From positions 122,574,001-122,638,000 of the forward strand of contig NC_043001.1 in NCBI RefSeq assembly GCF_006345805.1: a stretch of DNA of 64,000 nt, in the 5' to 3' direction. This DNA comes from Octopus sinensis (Eukaryota). Positions 40,201 through 54,315 of this stretch are shown piece by piece (position 1 is the first letter of the stretch; each line of letters starts with the position of its first letter). The position numbers and the translations under genes are program-made. The notes under the pieces are model-generated. The model was not told where the DNA came from. It did no database searches and saw nothing but the letters and a program-made list of their open reading frames with translations.

Positions 40201-43200
40201 TATTATTTCTGCTGAGCTTTACCATTGAAAAGAATGACGGTGTTTACTTTGTCGAAAGGTCAGGCAACAACTAACAATCTGATTTATTTTTCAGGAGAGC
40301 CTTTAAAAAGTGGGAAAAGAACAAAAACCTCATAATTCTTGGAAGTCATTCAAGTAAGAGGTTACCAATTTTTTCCTTCATTGTAAAACATGAAGATGGC
40401 AAAAAACTTCTGCATCATAACTTTGTGTCTGCTGTTCTCAATGATATGTATGGTATCCAAGCTCGAGGAGGCTGTGCATGTGCAGGACCTTATGCAATAG
40501 TATGTTCTTCATATTCACTTCAATCAATGTTATACAGTTTATATTTACTTGGCAAGAGGTCACACCTATGACCATAAGAAATCTAGCTGTGATTCTTTTC
40601 TTTGTTTTTCATCTATAGAACTACAATATCCAATTTTACTATTTTTCTTAATTTTAAGATAGTAATTGGCATCTGTGCTAGTGGAGTACTAAGAGTACCA
40701 TACAAGTGAGATCGTTGCCAGAGCAACAAGCTGGCCTCTGTGCCGATGGCACATTAAAAACACCATTTGTGCTGGTGGCATGTGAAAAAAAAAAACATTC
40801 GAGCAAGGTTGTTGCCAGTGCCGCTGGACTGGCTCCTGTGCAGGTGGCACATAAAAAGCACCATTTGAGCATGGCCGTTGCCAGTACCACCTAACTGGCC
40901 CTTGTGCCAGTGGCACATAAAAGCACCCACTACACTCTTGGAGTGATTAGCGTTAGGAAGGGCATCCAGCTGTAGAAACTCTGCCAGATCAGATTGGAGT
41001 CTGGTGCAGCCATATGGTTCGCCAGTCCTCAGTCAAATCATCCAACCCATGCTAGCACGGAAAGTGGACGTTAAACTATGATGATGATAACCAAATTATT
41101 TTCAAATCACATTTAACTATCAGGTTGCAGAACCTTGTGGAGAAAATTTGTTGGGCTCAGTTCTGTGATTATTTAATGATGACTGTCCAGGGCTTATAAC
41201 AAAAGATGTTTGCCTGAGATATCATGCAGTACGACTGGACCTGAAACCTATTATTACACACTTCACTTTTTACCAATCCTGCATTTCACCCAATTGTCCA
41301 TTTTATGTACACACATTTATACACATCACCACCATGGGCATAGTTATCAAGAGAAAGTTTCTGCTATCTAATTCAAAGCCAATGGTCCTGATAGTGTTCC
41401 CTCAATTTCACTGAGTAGTAGCAGGCTTGGTGGAATACCAAGTAGTAGAGGACTTCTATCCCCAGCTAAGACGACTGTCGGAACCTTGGGTTCCATAAGT
41501 GAAGCTCACTTTGTTGCAAGTCAGAGGCTAGGTGTTTGCCTTGAGGGTAACTTCCTCTCTTCTATCAACTCCAGAAACCCTGAAATATAAAATCATAGCT
41601 GTACCTTGAAATCAAGAGGACAGATCCTGTTGTCTACAGCTCTTTCCTGCAATCAGACCTGGACACAATGCAGCAATGGATCACAGATTGGCAACTGAAA
41701 CTGGCTGTGGACAAGTGTACCACCATGCATTTTGGGAGAAAAAACCCTGCGTCCACATACTCCCTCCACAACACTGATATCAAGAAATCCTCTTGCGAGC
41801 GTGACCTAGGCATCACTGTCAGCAGTGATTTGCATTGGACAAAGCATATCTCTAAAATTGTCAAGAAAGCCGAGGGTGTCTTGGCATCACTCAGCAAGAC
41901 TTTTGTTAGCCGCTCTCCAGCCATCTATTTAAAACTGTATACAGCTATGGTACGACCACACTTGGAATTCGCATCATCAGTTTGGAACCCCTATCTTGCT
42001 CAGAACATTGACCTCCTGGAATCTGTTCAGAGACGTGCAACCAAACGCATACCCTCCATCAGACACCTACCATACTCTGAGCGCCTTGTTTCCCTGGGCA
42101 TGGATTCACTGAAGCTCTGGCATCTGGCGATGGACTTGGTAAACACCCACAAAGTTATCAACCACCTCACCAACAACAACACTGAACACCTTTTTGATCT
42201 TCATGTGTCTAACACACATGGACATGCCTACAAAGTCAGAAAACAACACAGCTCCCATGACTTTCGGAAACATTTTTTCACGCTCAGAGTTGCTGAAGCA
42301 TGGAACAAACTGCCTGCATCAGTTGTTGACTGCCATGACACTGCATCCTTTAAGGCCCTCATGCTTTCCAAAATCCGCCGAAACTACACCTGATTATACA
42401 TACACTTTAGATGAGTTGTAGTGCACCTGAGCACTGTACACAATGTTTTTATTATTAGTACTATTATTATTATTATTATTATTATAATACCGGTCCACCC
42501 TTAAATCCTCATTGTTGTCAATGACACCCTGTTCTTTGTTGGTAGTGGTTTGTCAGTCTCATGACATTACTAGATTTTAGATGTCAGTCTTTAGATCATT
42601 CACTTTTTTAAAAATCACAATTGGCAATTTGTTGTTCTTAAGAAGACATCTGTTTAACAAAACAGATGAGGCCCTAAAAGCCTATTCTTTATATTTGTCT
42701 ATGCCCCTGCATATAATCTGTCCCTGACAAATCTCTCTAAACATCCACCTCTCCCACAGCTCCCCTTTAACACTGGACCCATCTAGTCATAGAAACCACG
42801 CTAAAACAGTCTTTTGGTTTGCCAGCTCCTTTGGGACCATCCAACTCATGCCAACATGGACAACATGAGATAAGGGTCTGGTATAATGACTTCATATTTC
42901 AGGGTCTCTGGAGTTGATAGAAGAAAGGAAGTTATCCTCAAGGCAAACACCTAGCCTCTGGCTTGCAACAAAGTGAGCTTCGCTTAAGGAACCCAAGGTT
43001 CCGACTGTAGTATTAGACTGGGAATAGAAGTCCTCTACTACTTGGTATTCCACTAAGCCTGCTATTACTCAGTGGAATTGAGGGGACACTATCAGGACCA
43101 TTGGCTTTGAATTAGATAGCAAAAATGTTCTCTTGATTAAGGCGGCAAGCTGGCAGAAACGTTAGCACGCTGGGCGAAATGCTTAGCAGCATTTCGTCTG

Positions 43201-46200
43201 CCGTTACATTCTGAGTTCAAATTCCGCCGAGGTCGACTTTGCCTTTCATCCTTTTGGGGTCGATAAATTAAGTACCAGTTGTGCACTGGGGTCGATGTGA
43301 TTGACTTAATCCGTTTGTCTGTCCTTGTTTGTCCTCTCTGTGTTTAGCCTCTTGTGGGTAGTAAAGAAATAAGAAACTTTCTCTTGATAACTATGCCCAT
43401 GGTGGTGATGTGTATACATGTGTGTACATAAAATGGACAAACAGGTGAAATGCAGGACAGGTGAAAAGTGAAGTTTGTAATTGTTGATGATTAGTCAAAG
43501 CAATGTTATAGTTCTCTCTCTGTTAGCTGGACATTGCTTTTCTTTCTTTCCTTTTCTATTAATTAAATTCTAATGCAGTCAGCATCTTCACACTTGCCAT
43601 ACTCTAGGCTCTCCTTACACGGCTGTTTTTCTCCTACCAATACTTTCCTTGGTCCTCGCATATTAAAAACACTCATTTAACTGAAAACAATATTGTTTTG
43701 CAGCGTGGAAGGAGTTTATAAGCCAGTTAAGAAATGCACAAAAACCGTTAGATTCACTTCAATATTTAAATTTAATTTGTCAAAATATTTTCGTCGCTTC
43801 GAGACTGCGAACTGTTCACTGACAAAACATTGTGACGAAAATATTTTGACAAATTAAATTTAAATATTGAAGTGAATCTAACGGTTTTTGTGCATTTCTT
43901 AAATGGCTTATAAACACCTTCCACGCTGCAATTGTTTTCATTCCAGCACACGATCTCAGAACAAGTCACTCGCTATGCAAGTACATCTCCGTAATATTGT
44001 TTTGGTATATATAAAAAAAAATAAATTCATAAAATTCTCATTTTTGTTCATATTTCAGGATCTTCTAGGGATTTCTGAAGAGCTTTTTGCAAAATTTTCC
44101 TGGTTTTTAAAGGATCATGAGGATTTGTAAGTAATATTTTATTATTAGAACTACATGACTAACAAATGGAAGACCTGTTGCTCTGCATCAATAGATACAG
44201 GTCTTTTAGATTTGTCAGGTATCACCTTGGGGTTGAATATCATTTCTAAGGGCTACGATTATTACTAATTTACTGTAAGAGGTTTCTTATATTGTGGAGG
44301 TATACTCTTTACTCTTTTACTTGTTTCAGTCATTTGACTGTGGCCATGCTGGAGCACCACCTTTAGTCGAGCACATCAACCCCAGGACTTATTCTTCGTA
44401 AGCTTAGTACTTATTCTATCAGTCTCTTTTGCTGAACCGCTAAGTTACGAGAACATAAACACACCACCAACGGTTGTCAAGCGATGTTGGGGGGACAAAC
44501 ACAGACACGCAAACATACACACACACACACACATACATATATACGATGGGCTTCTTTCAGTGTCAGTCTACCAAATCCACTCACAAGGCTTTGGTCGGCC
44601 TGAGGCTATGGTAGACGACACTTGCCCAAGGTGCCATGCAGTGGAAATGAACCTGGAACCATGTGGTTGGTAAACAAGCTACTTACCACACAGCCACTCC
44701 TACACCTATTAGATAAAAATTCAGTTTTAGGTGTTTTCATTTCTATAGACAAGACAACAAATCACTGATGGAAAATTCTAGCTGTCAATGTCTGTGTATA
44801 CAACAATTTTATTGTATTTTACTTTTTCATAATTGGGATACCTGTAAGATCCTTTTGGTTCAGTAAATTGTCCATCACCATCAATAATGTTTATCTGATG
44901 GATCCCCAACATGGAGTAACATAGGACTGACCATGAGGGAACATGTTAGGGAGAAAGATGGGGATAAAAGCAATGGAGGATAGACAGACTAACAGACAGA
45001 AAACATGGCATTTTTATCAAGGAGGAAAATGAATATTTGTTGAGAAATTTAAAGAAGGGACATTCATAATTTTCTTTCTATTTTTGTAATAAACTTACTT
45101 TAACCCTTTCGTTACCAGCCTGGCCGAAACCGGCTCTGGTTCTGTAGTACAAATGTCTTGTTTTCATAAGTTTTGAATTAAAATCTTCCACCAGACCTTA
45201 GTCACAATTTATGTTCCTAACACTAGTTGAATGCTAACTAAGTTATTTTACTAAATTCTTTGTTATATTTAAAATTAATTGAAAGAAACACGGAGCATCT
45301 TAACAGAAACATGGTAACAAAAGGGTCAACAAATGATTAATTTAACCCTTTCAATATCCACCTGCCTCTGGCTCTGTAGTACAAATGACTTGTTTTCATG
45401 AATTGTTTTCCCCCCAAACTTAGTCACAATTTATGTTCCTAACATTAGCTTAGTGATAACTAAGTTATTTTACTAAATTCTTCGTTATATTTAAAATCAA
45501 TTGAAAGAAACACAGAGTATCTCAACAGAAATATGGTAACAAAAGGGTTAAAAGCAATATTTTGAATCGCCCCCTGTTAACATTTTAATTCTGATCACAG
45601 TTATCATGATTTAACATCCATGACCTATGCTGGCATGAATCAGACTGTTTGACAAGATTTGATATTCTTTGATATGATTTCTACAGTTGGATGACCTTCC
45701 TAATGCCAGCCAGTGTGTACTAGATGCTTTTTTTTACCAGCCTTGAGCATCCCAGAAGTTGCTAAGTGGCTCACAAGGCTATGAATCTTGAGAAGGGTGG
45801 GCAGCTTTATGCTAGGGCTTGAGGAATTAAAACATGAGAGAAAGAGACAGAGTACATTTCTTATAGAAAAGCTATAAGACTACTCACAAGACTCCAAGGC
45901 TACTCACAAGACTCCAAGGCTACTCACAAGACTCCAAGGCTACTCACAAGACTCCAAGGCTACTCACAAGACTCCAAGGCTACTCACAAGACTACTCACA
46001 AGACTACAAGGCTACTCACAAGACTACAAGGCTACTCACAAGACTACAAGGCTACTCACAAGACTACAAGGCTACTCACAAGACTATAAGACTTATAGAA
46101 AAGCTATAAGGCTACTCATAAGTGGGTGAGAATGATCAGGTGGAGGTGCCAAAAAGATAGTGGTGTCAAAGGATCCTAGTGGACCCTCAAGTTATGAAAT

Positions 46201-48260
46201 GTGCTGAAGTGGGTAAGGACTGACAAACTAGGACTGTGCATGGGTGGGACATTGAAGGAGTAAATGGCAGGTAGCAAGAGATGGTGGAATTAAAGGGAAG
46301 AGGATGTAAGCTACAACTGGGTTTGGTTAACGATGTAGAATTTAAGGTGGCGAGCTGGCAGAATTGTTAACATGCCGGCTGAAATGCTTAGCTGTATTTC
46401 TTCTGCCGCTACATTCTAAGTTCAAATTCCGTCGAGGTCGACTTTGCCTTTCATCCTTTCGGGGTCGATTAAATAAGTACCAGTTACGCATTGGGGTCGA
46501 TATAATCGGCTTAATCCGTTTGTCTGTCTTTGTTTGTTCCCTCTGTGTTTAACCCCTTGTGGGTAATAAAGAAATGAAATGTAGAATTTAACAATAAATA
46601 GAAGTAAAAAAACCCAAAAAGAACGAATTTATCTGACAAACAATATTTTAAAATCGAGAACTTCATTTTCCCTTCATAAACTGTTTTTATTTAATCCATA
46701 ATTCTATGAAATAATTTTCAAATTGAAATCAAGATTTTTTTTTAACAACATAGGAGTGGTTGTGTGGTAGGTAGCTTGCTTACCAACCACATGGTTCCGG
46801 GTTCAGTACCACTGCGTGGCACCTTGGGCAAGTGTCTTCTACTATAGCCTCGGGACCGAAGCCTTAATCAACTTAATCCGTTTGTCTGTCCTTGTTTGTT
46901 CCCTCTGTGTTTAACCCCTTGTGGGCAATAAAGAAATAAAATGTAGAATTTAACAACTAAAGACTAAATTTAGGTGTTTTTAGTAATTGCCATTTTTATA
47001 TCATTAATGAAAATGTATGAGGCTAATTTAGTTGAAATAAACTTTTTTATATATTTATTTAAAAAATTTTTATTTCAGAGAAACAGGATGCAAAAAATGT
47101 GAAACAACAACCCTGGAAATTATGAGGTAAGAAAAATATTTTTCTTGTACCATTTGTGAATTTTAGCTGTGTTCATTAGGAGAATGTATTTCCTTGATTA
47201 TGTGACCTGGGTTCTTTTTGTGTGTGTGTGTGCATGTGTGCGTAAAATGGACAAACTGGAAAAGTGCAAGATTGAAAAGTGGTGTAATTGTTGTCGAGTT
47301 TAGTCAAAGAAATGCTCTCTCTCCTTCTCTCTCTCTCTCTCTCTCTCCTTCTCTCTCTCCCTCCCTCTCTCTCCCTCTCTCACTCACTCACTCACACACA
47401 CACACACACACACACACACAATTGGACATTGAAGTGCCAGAGGGTCCGGGAAGACAAAAGTCGTATAGGAGAATTATTTAGGGCTGGTTTTCTGGTTTAG
47501 GCTGTTATCCGAATCTCTGCTCTTATTAGCAACAAAATGTACTGCAATATTTGCTGCCCAACGGTTGACTGCAGAGTAACTGAGACAAAAGGATCTTGTA
47601 AAGAAAGGTAATACAGATCGTAGGATACCGCTAGGCAACTCGAGACGGATCCAATCATTGCCGTTCGTAAAGAGTGCCGCACGCACGCAATCGTAATAGA
47701 TACTTGGTCTAAGGGAGGTAACTAGTCTATGCAATGTTTTGATTTCCACGGTACTGGGTTAGCAAATGAATTCGTTCCTTTTTTAACCCTTCTTGGTACT
47801 CCATCGCCAAAACGAGTAGAATTTATTCAAATTTCAAAAGCGATAAACAAAGGTTATAGAGGACGAATACAGGAAAAAAAAGCTACAAAGCACTACGATA
47901 AAAATATTTTTTGTATTAATTCAATTAACTTGGGAAGGGTGTAAAAAAAAACCCAAAAAGAACGAATTTATCTGACAAACAATATTTTAAAATCGAGAAC
48001 TTCATTTTTCCTCCATAAACTGTTTTCATTTAATCCATAATTCTATGAAATAATTTTCAAATTGAAATCAAGATTTTCTTTTTAACAACATAGGAGTGGC
48101 TGTGTGGTAGGTAGCTTGCTTACCAACCACATGGTTCCGGGTTCAGTCCCACTGCGTGGCACCTTGGGCAAGTGTCTTCTACTATAGCCTTGGGACCGAA
48201 GCCTTGTGAGTTGATTTGGTAGACGGAAACTGAAAGAAGCCCATCGTGTGTGTGTGTGTG

Positions 48261-48332
<72 letters not shown>

Positions 48333-51300
48333 ATGTGTTTGTGCATCTGTGTTCGTCCCCACAACATCGCTTGACAACTGATGCTGGTGTGCTTATGTCT
48401 CCGTAACTTAGCGATAGAATAAGTAGTAGGCTTACAAAGAATAAGTCCTAGGGTCGATTTGCTCGACTAAAAATGCGGTGCTCCAGCATGGCCACAGTCA
48501 AATGACTGAATCAAGTAAGAGTAATATAAACGTCTGAGATATTTCAGTCTTTCAGCTATTTTTTCAAAGAATTTACATGTCAAGTGAAAAAACGTTTTTT
48601 GCAAACATTAAAATTTTTTTGGGGATATACGCAATGACTTGCATATTCTTTATAAGTTTTTATAGATTTGAACACAAATATTCTAATCACTATTGTTTGC
48701 CATTGTAATATAAGGACATTGTAATGGAGTATAAACCTAAAATGTGCACTCTCTGGTTACTTTTCACCTGTCTTTGTATCCTAAACTCTGCAATATTTAC
48801 ATTTACAATCAAGAATTAAGGTGGTGAGCTTGTAGAATTGTTAGCATGCCGGGTGAAATACTTAACGGTATTTTGTCTGCCGCTACGTTCCGAGTTCAAA
48901 TTCCGCCGAGGTCAACTTTGCCTTTCATCCTTTTGGGGTCGATTAAATAAGTACCAGTTACGCACTGGAGTCGATATAATCAACTTAATCCGTTTGTTTG
49001 TCCTCTCTGTGTCTAGCCCCTTGTGGGTAGTAAAGAAATAGGTATTTCGTCTGCCGCTACGTTCTGAGTTCAAATCCCGCCGAGGTCGACTTTGCCTTTC
49101 ATCCTTTCGGGGTCGATTCAATAAGTACCAGTTATGTACTGGAGTCAATGTAATCAACTTAATCCGTTTGTCTGTCCTTGTTTGTCCCTTCTGTGTTTAG
49201 CCCCTTATGGATTGTAAAGAAATAAGGTATTTCGTCTGCCACTACATTCTGAGTTCAAATTCTGCCGAGGTCGACTTTGCCTTTCATCCTTTCGGAGTCG
49301 ATTAAATAAGTACCAGTTATGCACTGGGATTGATACAATCCACTTAATCCGTTTGCCTGCCCTTGTTTGTCCCCTCTGTTTAGCCCCCTGTGGGCAATAA
49401 AGAATTAAATATCTACATTTACAATCAATACATAGAAATATTATTGGTTTCAAACAAAAATTTGTTACTTTTGAAAGCATTTATGTACTTTTGATTTTAC
49501 TCTTATTTTCCCAACAGACCAGGATTTGTGCGGTTAAATCTGCCCTATTTTTATGATGACCAGACGATTGATTACATCATCGATGCTGTGGATACAGTGG
49601 CAACACATGCCTGGAAATTTCTGCCATATGTAAGTTAAAATTGATATTGTAATACTGTGGACAATAGTGTCAGTGTAAAGTTTAGTGAGGCATTTACTTT
49701 GCAAAGATCTATAGATGGAATTGTGATCTAGAATGTCAGGGTTACCATCTAATATCGAAATCGCTAAAAAATCAATGGAAATTTTAGTTGTGATACCAGT
49801 GCCGGTGGCACGTAAAAGAACCATCCAAATGTAGCTGTTGCCAGTGCTGCCCCGACTGGCCTCCATGCCGGTGGCACGTAAAAAGCACCAACTGATCGTG
49901 GCCGTTGCCAGCCTCGCATGGCACCTGTGCCAGTGGCATGTAAAAAGCACCCACTACTCTCATGGAGTGGTTGGTGTTAGGAAGGGCATCCAGCTGTAGA
50001 AACACTGCCAGATCAGACTGGGCCTGGTGCAGCCTCCTGGCTTCCCAGACCCCAGTCGAACCGTCCAACCCATGCTAGCATGGAAAGCGGATGTTAAACG
50101 ATGATGATGATGATTCAGAAGGCTGCAATGTGCTAGTGAGGGAAAAAAGACACAACCAAGTTGAATGTCTAAGAGATGATTTATTGATAACATGTGTCTA
50201 TGTGTGCATCATGTATACAGAACAATAGACAAGTCGTCTTGAGAACAGCATGTGTATAGGTATCTATGTATGAAAGGCGGCGAGCTGGCAGAAACCTTAG
50301 CACGCCGGGCAAAATACGTAGCCGTATTTCATCTGCTGTTACGTTCTGAGTTCAAATTCCGCCGATGTCAACTTTGCCTTTCATCCTTTCAGGGTTGATA
50401 AAGTACCAGTTACGCACTGAGGTCGATGTAATTGACTTAATCTGTTTGTCCGTCCTTGTTTGTCCCCTCTATGTTTAGCCCCCTGTGGGCAATAAAGAAA
50501 TAGGTATGTATGTATGCATGTGCATTAAATACATGTAAGAATAGCAATAAAGAAGACAGTCTGTGAGAAGTTAGAATGTTCATAGACACAAGAAATGGGA
50601 GTATGGGTTTGTAGTCAATTATACATGGTAATTGAAATACTGTGTCAAGAGGCTGCGGTGATGATGTTGAGCCAATTGCAGTATGTATCATACGAAGTTG
50701 TGGTTGTAATGCTGCTACCTGGGTCACTTGTACAGAAGTTCTCGCAGGATGTATATTCGCTGTTAACCATTGTGAAATAATTCAGAAACATTGCCAAGTT
50801 GGAACCTGTGTAGTGTTGCTTGAGCTATGTATGTAGAGATGATGTTGATGACATGATGATGGTGGCGATGAAGAAAGAAATTGCCGTAATGGCATAAATT
50901 TTGCACATGTTGAGATCTTCAGAAATGTTACTCTGGAGCATACTTTCGAGTGTATGATAAAGGAAACCAAAGTCTGTTATAGATTGAGGCTAATCAAGAG
51001 AAATTGTAAAAAAAAAAAAAACATGTCAAATAATATTTTGACAACTTGCTGCAGTTTCAGTAATATTTCCTTTAACTATTTTCCTGTTTTTGTGCCACTG
51101 GAAAAGTGAAAAAATCAATCAATTAATAATTATTTCCCCAACGAATTGACTAAATGTCATAAACTGCTATACCGAGAAGTAAATTCATCACTGCTAAACT
51201 GCATTAAAATTATTTTGCACAGTATCATTATTTGGGATGAGAACTGGATATCATTTGACAATAATAAATGCTCCAGGCAATGATAAAAATGTAGACAAGT

Positions 51301-53883
51301 TTTCAAGCATGAGTGATCATAACACTGTTTGCCTCAAGAATATCTTGAGTGCACTAACTTTGATCTTAGTTTTCGACTTCGATCTTAGTCGTAGACTTCG
51401 ATCTTAGTCATCGACTTCGATCTTAGTCGTCGACTTCGATCTTAGTCGTCGACTTCGACCCTGGTCGTCGACTTCGACCTTGGTCGTCGACTTCGATCTT
51501 GGTCGTCGACTTCGATCTTGGTCGTCGACTTCGATCTTGGTCGTCGACTTCGATCTTTGTCGTTGACTTCTTGCTGTCTGATAATATCATAAATACATTA
51601 TAAAGCTAATTTTGATGTTTTTTTTTCTTTTCTCGCTTCTTCACAGTATAACTGCAATGCTCATAAAGGTTCTTGGACCCATGAAAAATTTTCCAGTCAA
51701 TTTGGTGAAGCTTTTTTTAATCTTGAAGATATTGCATATGAATATGGAACTTTTGTGAACAAAAACAAATATCCAACATCTTTAGATATTAATTATGATT
51801 TAAAGGTAATTTATAATTTTATTGTAATCCCCCCCTCTCTCTTTCTCTCTCTACCTTCTTACAACTTGAGAGTACACCACAAGACCTCTTCACTACCATC
51901 TTTCCTATTATTCCCAACTGAGGTAACCATGGATCTACCAGACAGCAAGACACTTGCACCTCTCTCTCTATCATATCTTAATCTTTCATCACCTGGTATA
52001 AAGCCAACACCCTCAGTAGAGAGGTTTTTCCTTGTGAGTTTACTTGGTGACCTCATTCATGCTAGTCACACACAAAGATCATCCAGTTCCAGCATGGTTG
52101 CAGTCAACTGAGTGGAACAAAAGAATACCCTCTATAAAGTGGTTGGCATTAAGGGTATTGAGCAGATACTGGAGCTTAGTGCAGGCACGAAAAATGGATG
52201 ATGTGGTATTACAAGGGATTGTTGAAAAATTCCTGGCTTTACTACTTGTACTTGTAGCGACATTCACCCTGGGTGGGTTGAGTCGGGTTCTTCTACCACC
52301 CTCCATGGCAGCCCACACATGACGGTCCTGCGCCAGTTCACTGGAGATAGCAAGCCAGTCACGGTTCCATTGGTGCAGGCTGACCACCTGTGGTCCCGTG
52401 AGCATGGAGAGGTCTTCCTTGATCATCGTAACCCAGGTCTTCAGCTGCCTTCCTGCACGTTTCCGCCAGTTGGGAAGTGGAGTTGGGAGAAGGACATCAT
52501 GGCTCAGTTCACCCACTGGACGCCTACATGCATGGCCAAACCACCGCAAGTGCCGTTCCAGAAGGACAGATGGCTTTAAGGGTATTGTGAAAGTCTTGGT
52601 TGGAGGTGCAGACTTCTGAGTTCTTTTATAGGGCTTAGAAAAACTGAAGGACTGCTGCAAGAAGTGTGTGAATCTGAGAGGGGAATGTGTTGAATAAAAT
52701 CATAATTAACTGATCCTCCTGTATTTTCTTTTAACCAAAGCCAGGAACTTTACAGCGTGCCCTCATAAAATGCATTTTAACATTTATTCAAACAATCTTA
52801 GATGTAGGCATAGGTGTGTGGTTTCAGGTTTGATTCCATTGTAAGTCATTTTATGAAAGTGTTTTCTTTTACTTGTACCTGTGGTGACATTCACCCTGGG
52901 CGGGTTGAGTCGGCTTCTTCTACCACCCTCGAGGCATCTCGAACCATGGCAGCCCACGCACGATGATCCTGCACCAGTTCACTGGAGATAGCGAGCCAGT
53001 CACAGTCCCATTTGCGCAGGCCGACCACCTGCAGATCCGTGAGCACGGAGAGGCCCTCCTTGATCGTCATAACGCAGGTCTTCAGCCTCCCGCCCGTGCA
53101 TTTCTGCCAGTTGGGAAGTGGAGTTGGGAGAAGGAAATCACGACTCAGTTCACCCACCGGACGTCTACATGCATGGCCAAACTACTACAAGCATCGTTGC
53201 AGAAGGTGTCTTCTAACTTTACTTTGGGTCAATCAAAGCCTTGTGAGAGAAATTTGGAAGAAAGAAGTTGTGGTGGGCCTGCTTGGAAAGGTGCTTTCCT
53301 GTTCTAACACCACCTGACCCATAGGTTTCTTTAGCAGTGGCCACTTTGTTGCATGTATTCATCCTAGGTCTCTGGTTTAAGAATAATTTCAACTCTTCCT
53401 TCCACTAATTACGGAACTTCAGTAAAGGGTCATGGGTTTGACCCGGCCCTCTCTGACAATAAACAAAAACAAAAAAAAAATACTTAAAGCTGTACATACC
53501 TGCATTGTAATTATTCTATTTTGTGTACTCTAACTAAAAATGTTAAGGGGTATACATTTGTTAACATTTAACACATATTTTTATCTCCTTCCAGGATATT
53601 GCTAATGACATGAAGATTATTATCAATTCAACAGAGAAGCTTCTTGCGGTTTGTTAATCTCCTTTATCACTTTGCTTAATTTATTTCCATTTGTTGTGCA
53701 GTCCATTACTTTGTCTAACATCAATCATAGAAAAGATTAATTCTTTGGTTTCTTGTTTTTGTAATTTGCTCAGTAGTTCGATTTAGTGACGCTCAGCTTT
53801 TCGCTCTACTTTGTAAGCAACGATGCTGTTATTACGTCAAGTATGAAGAAATTCTGCCTTTTAAAAGGAAACCAGTAAATAAA

Positions 53884-53933
<50 letters not shown>

Positions 53934-54284
53934 CTCTCTCTTCTTTCCTCCTCTCTCTCTATCTCTCTCTCTCTATCTCTCTCTTCTCTCTCTTCTTTCA
54001 TCTCTCTCTATCTCTATCTCTCTGTCTCTCTTTCTCTCTGTCTCTCTTTCTCTCTGTCTCTCTTTCTCTCTGTCTCTCTTTCTCTCTGTCTCTCTTTCTC
54101 TCTGTCTCTCTTTCTCTCTCTTTCTTTCTCTTTCTCTCTCTTTCTTTCTCTTTCTCTCTCTTTCTCTCTCTTTCTCTCTCTTTCTCTCTCTTTCTCTCTC
54201 TTTCTCTCTCTTTCTCTCTCTCTCTTTTTCTCTCTCTTTCTCTCTCTTTCTCTCTCTTTTTCTCTCTCTCTCTTTCTTTCTCTT

Positions 54285-54315
<31 letters not shown>

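Noticed and set aside
43692-43699. 8-bp TSD (attgtttt) implying a hAT element
   Set aside because: The right-hand copy also belongs to the adjacent 60-bp repeat seen at ~6060-6125, so the TSD is ambiguous.
45878-46092. CRISPR-like appearance of the 19/20-bp arrays and SINE multimers
   Set aside because: Units are contiguous with no unique spacers, there are no cas genes, and the context is eukaryotic.
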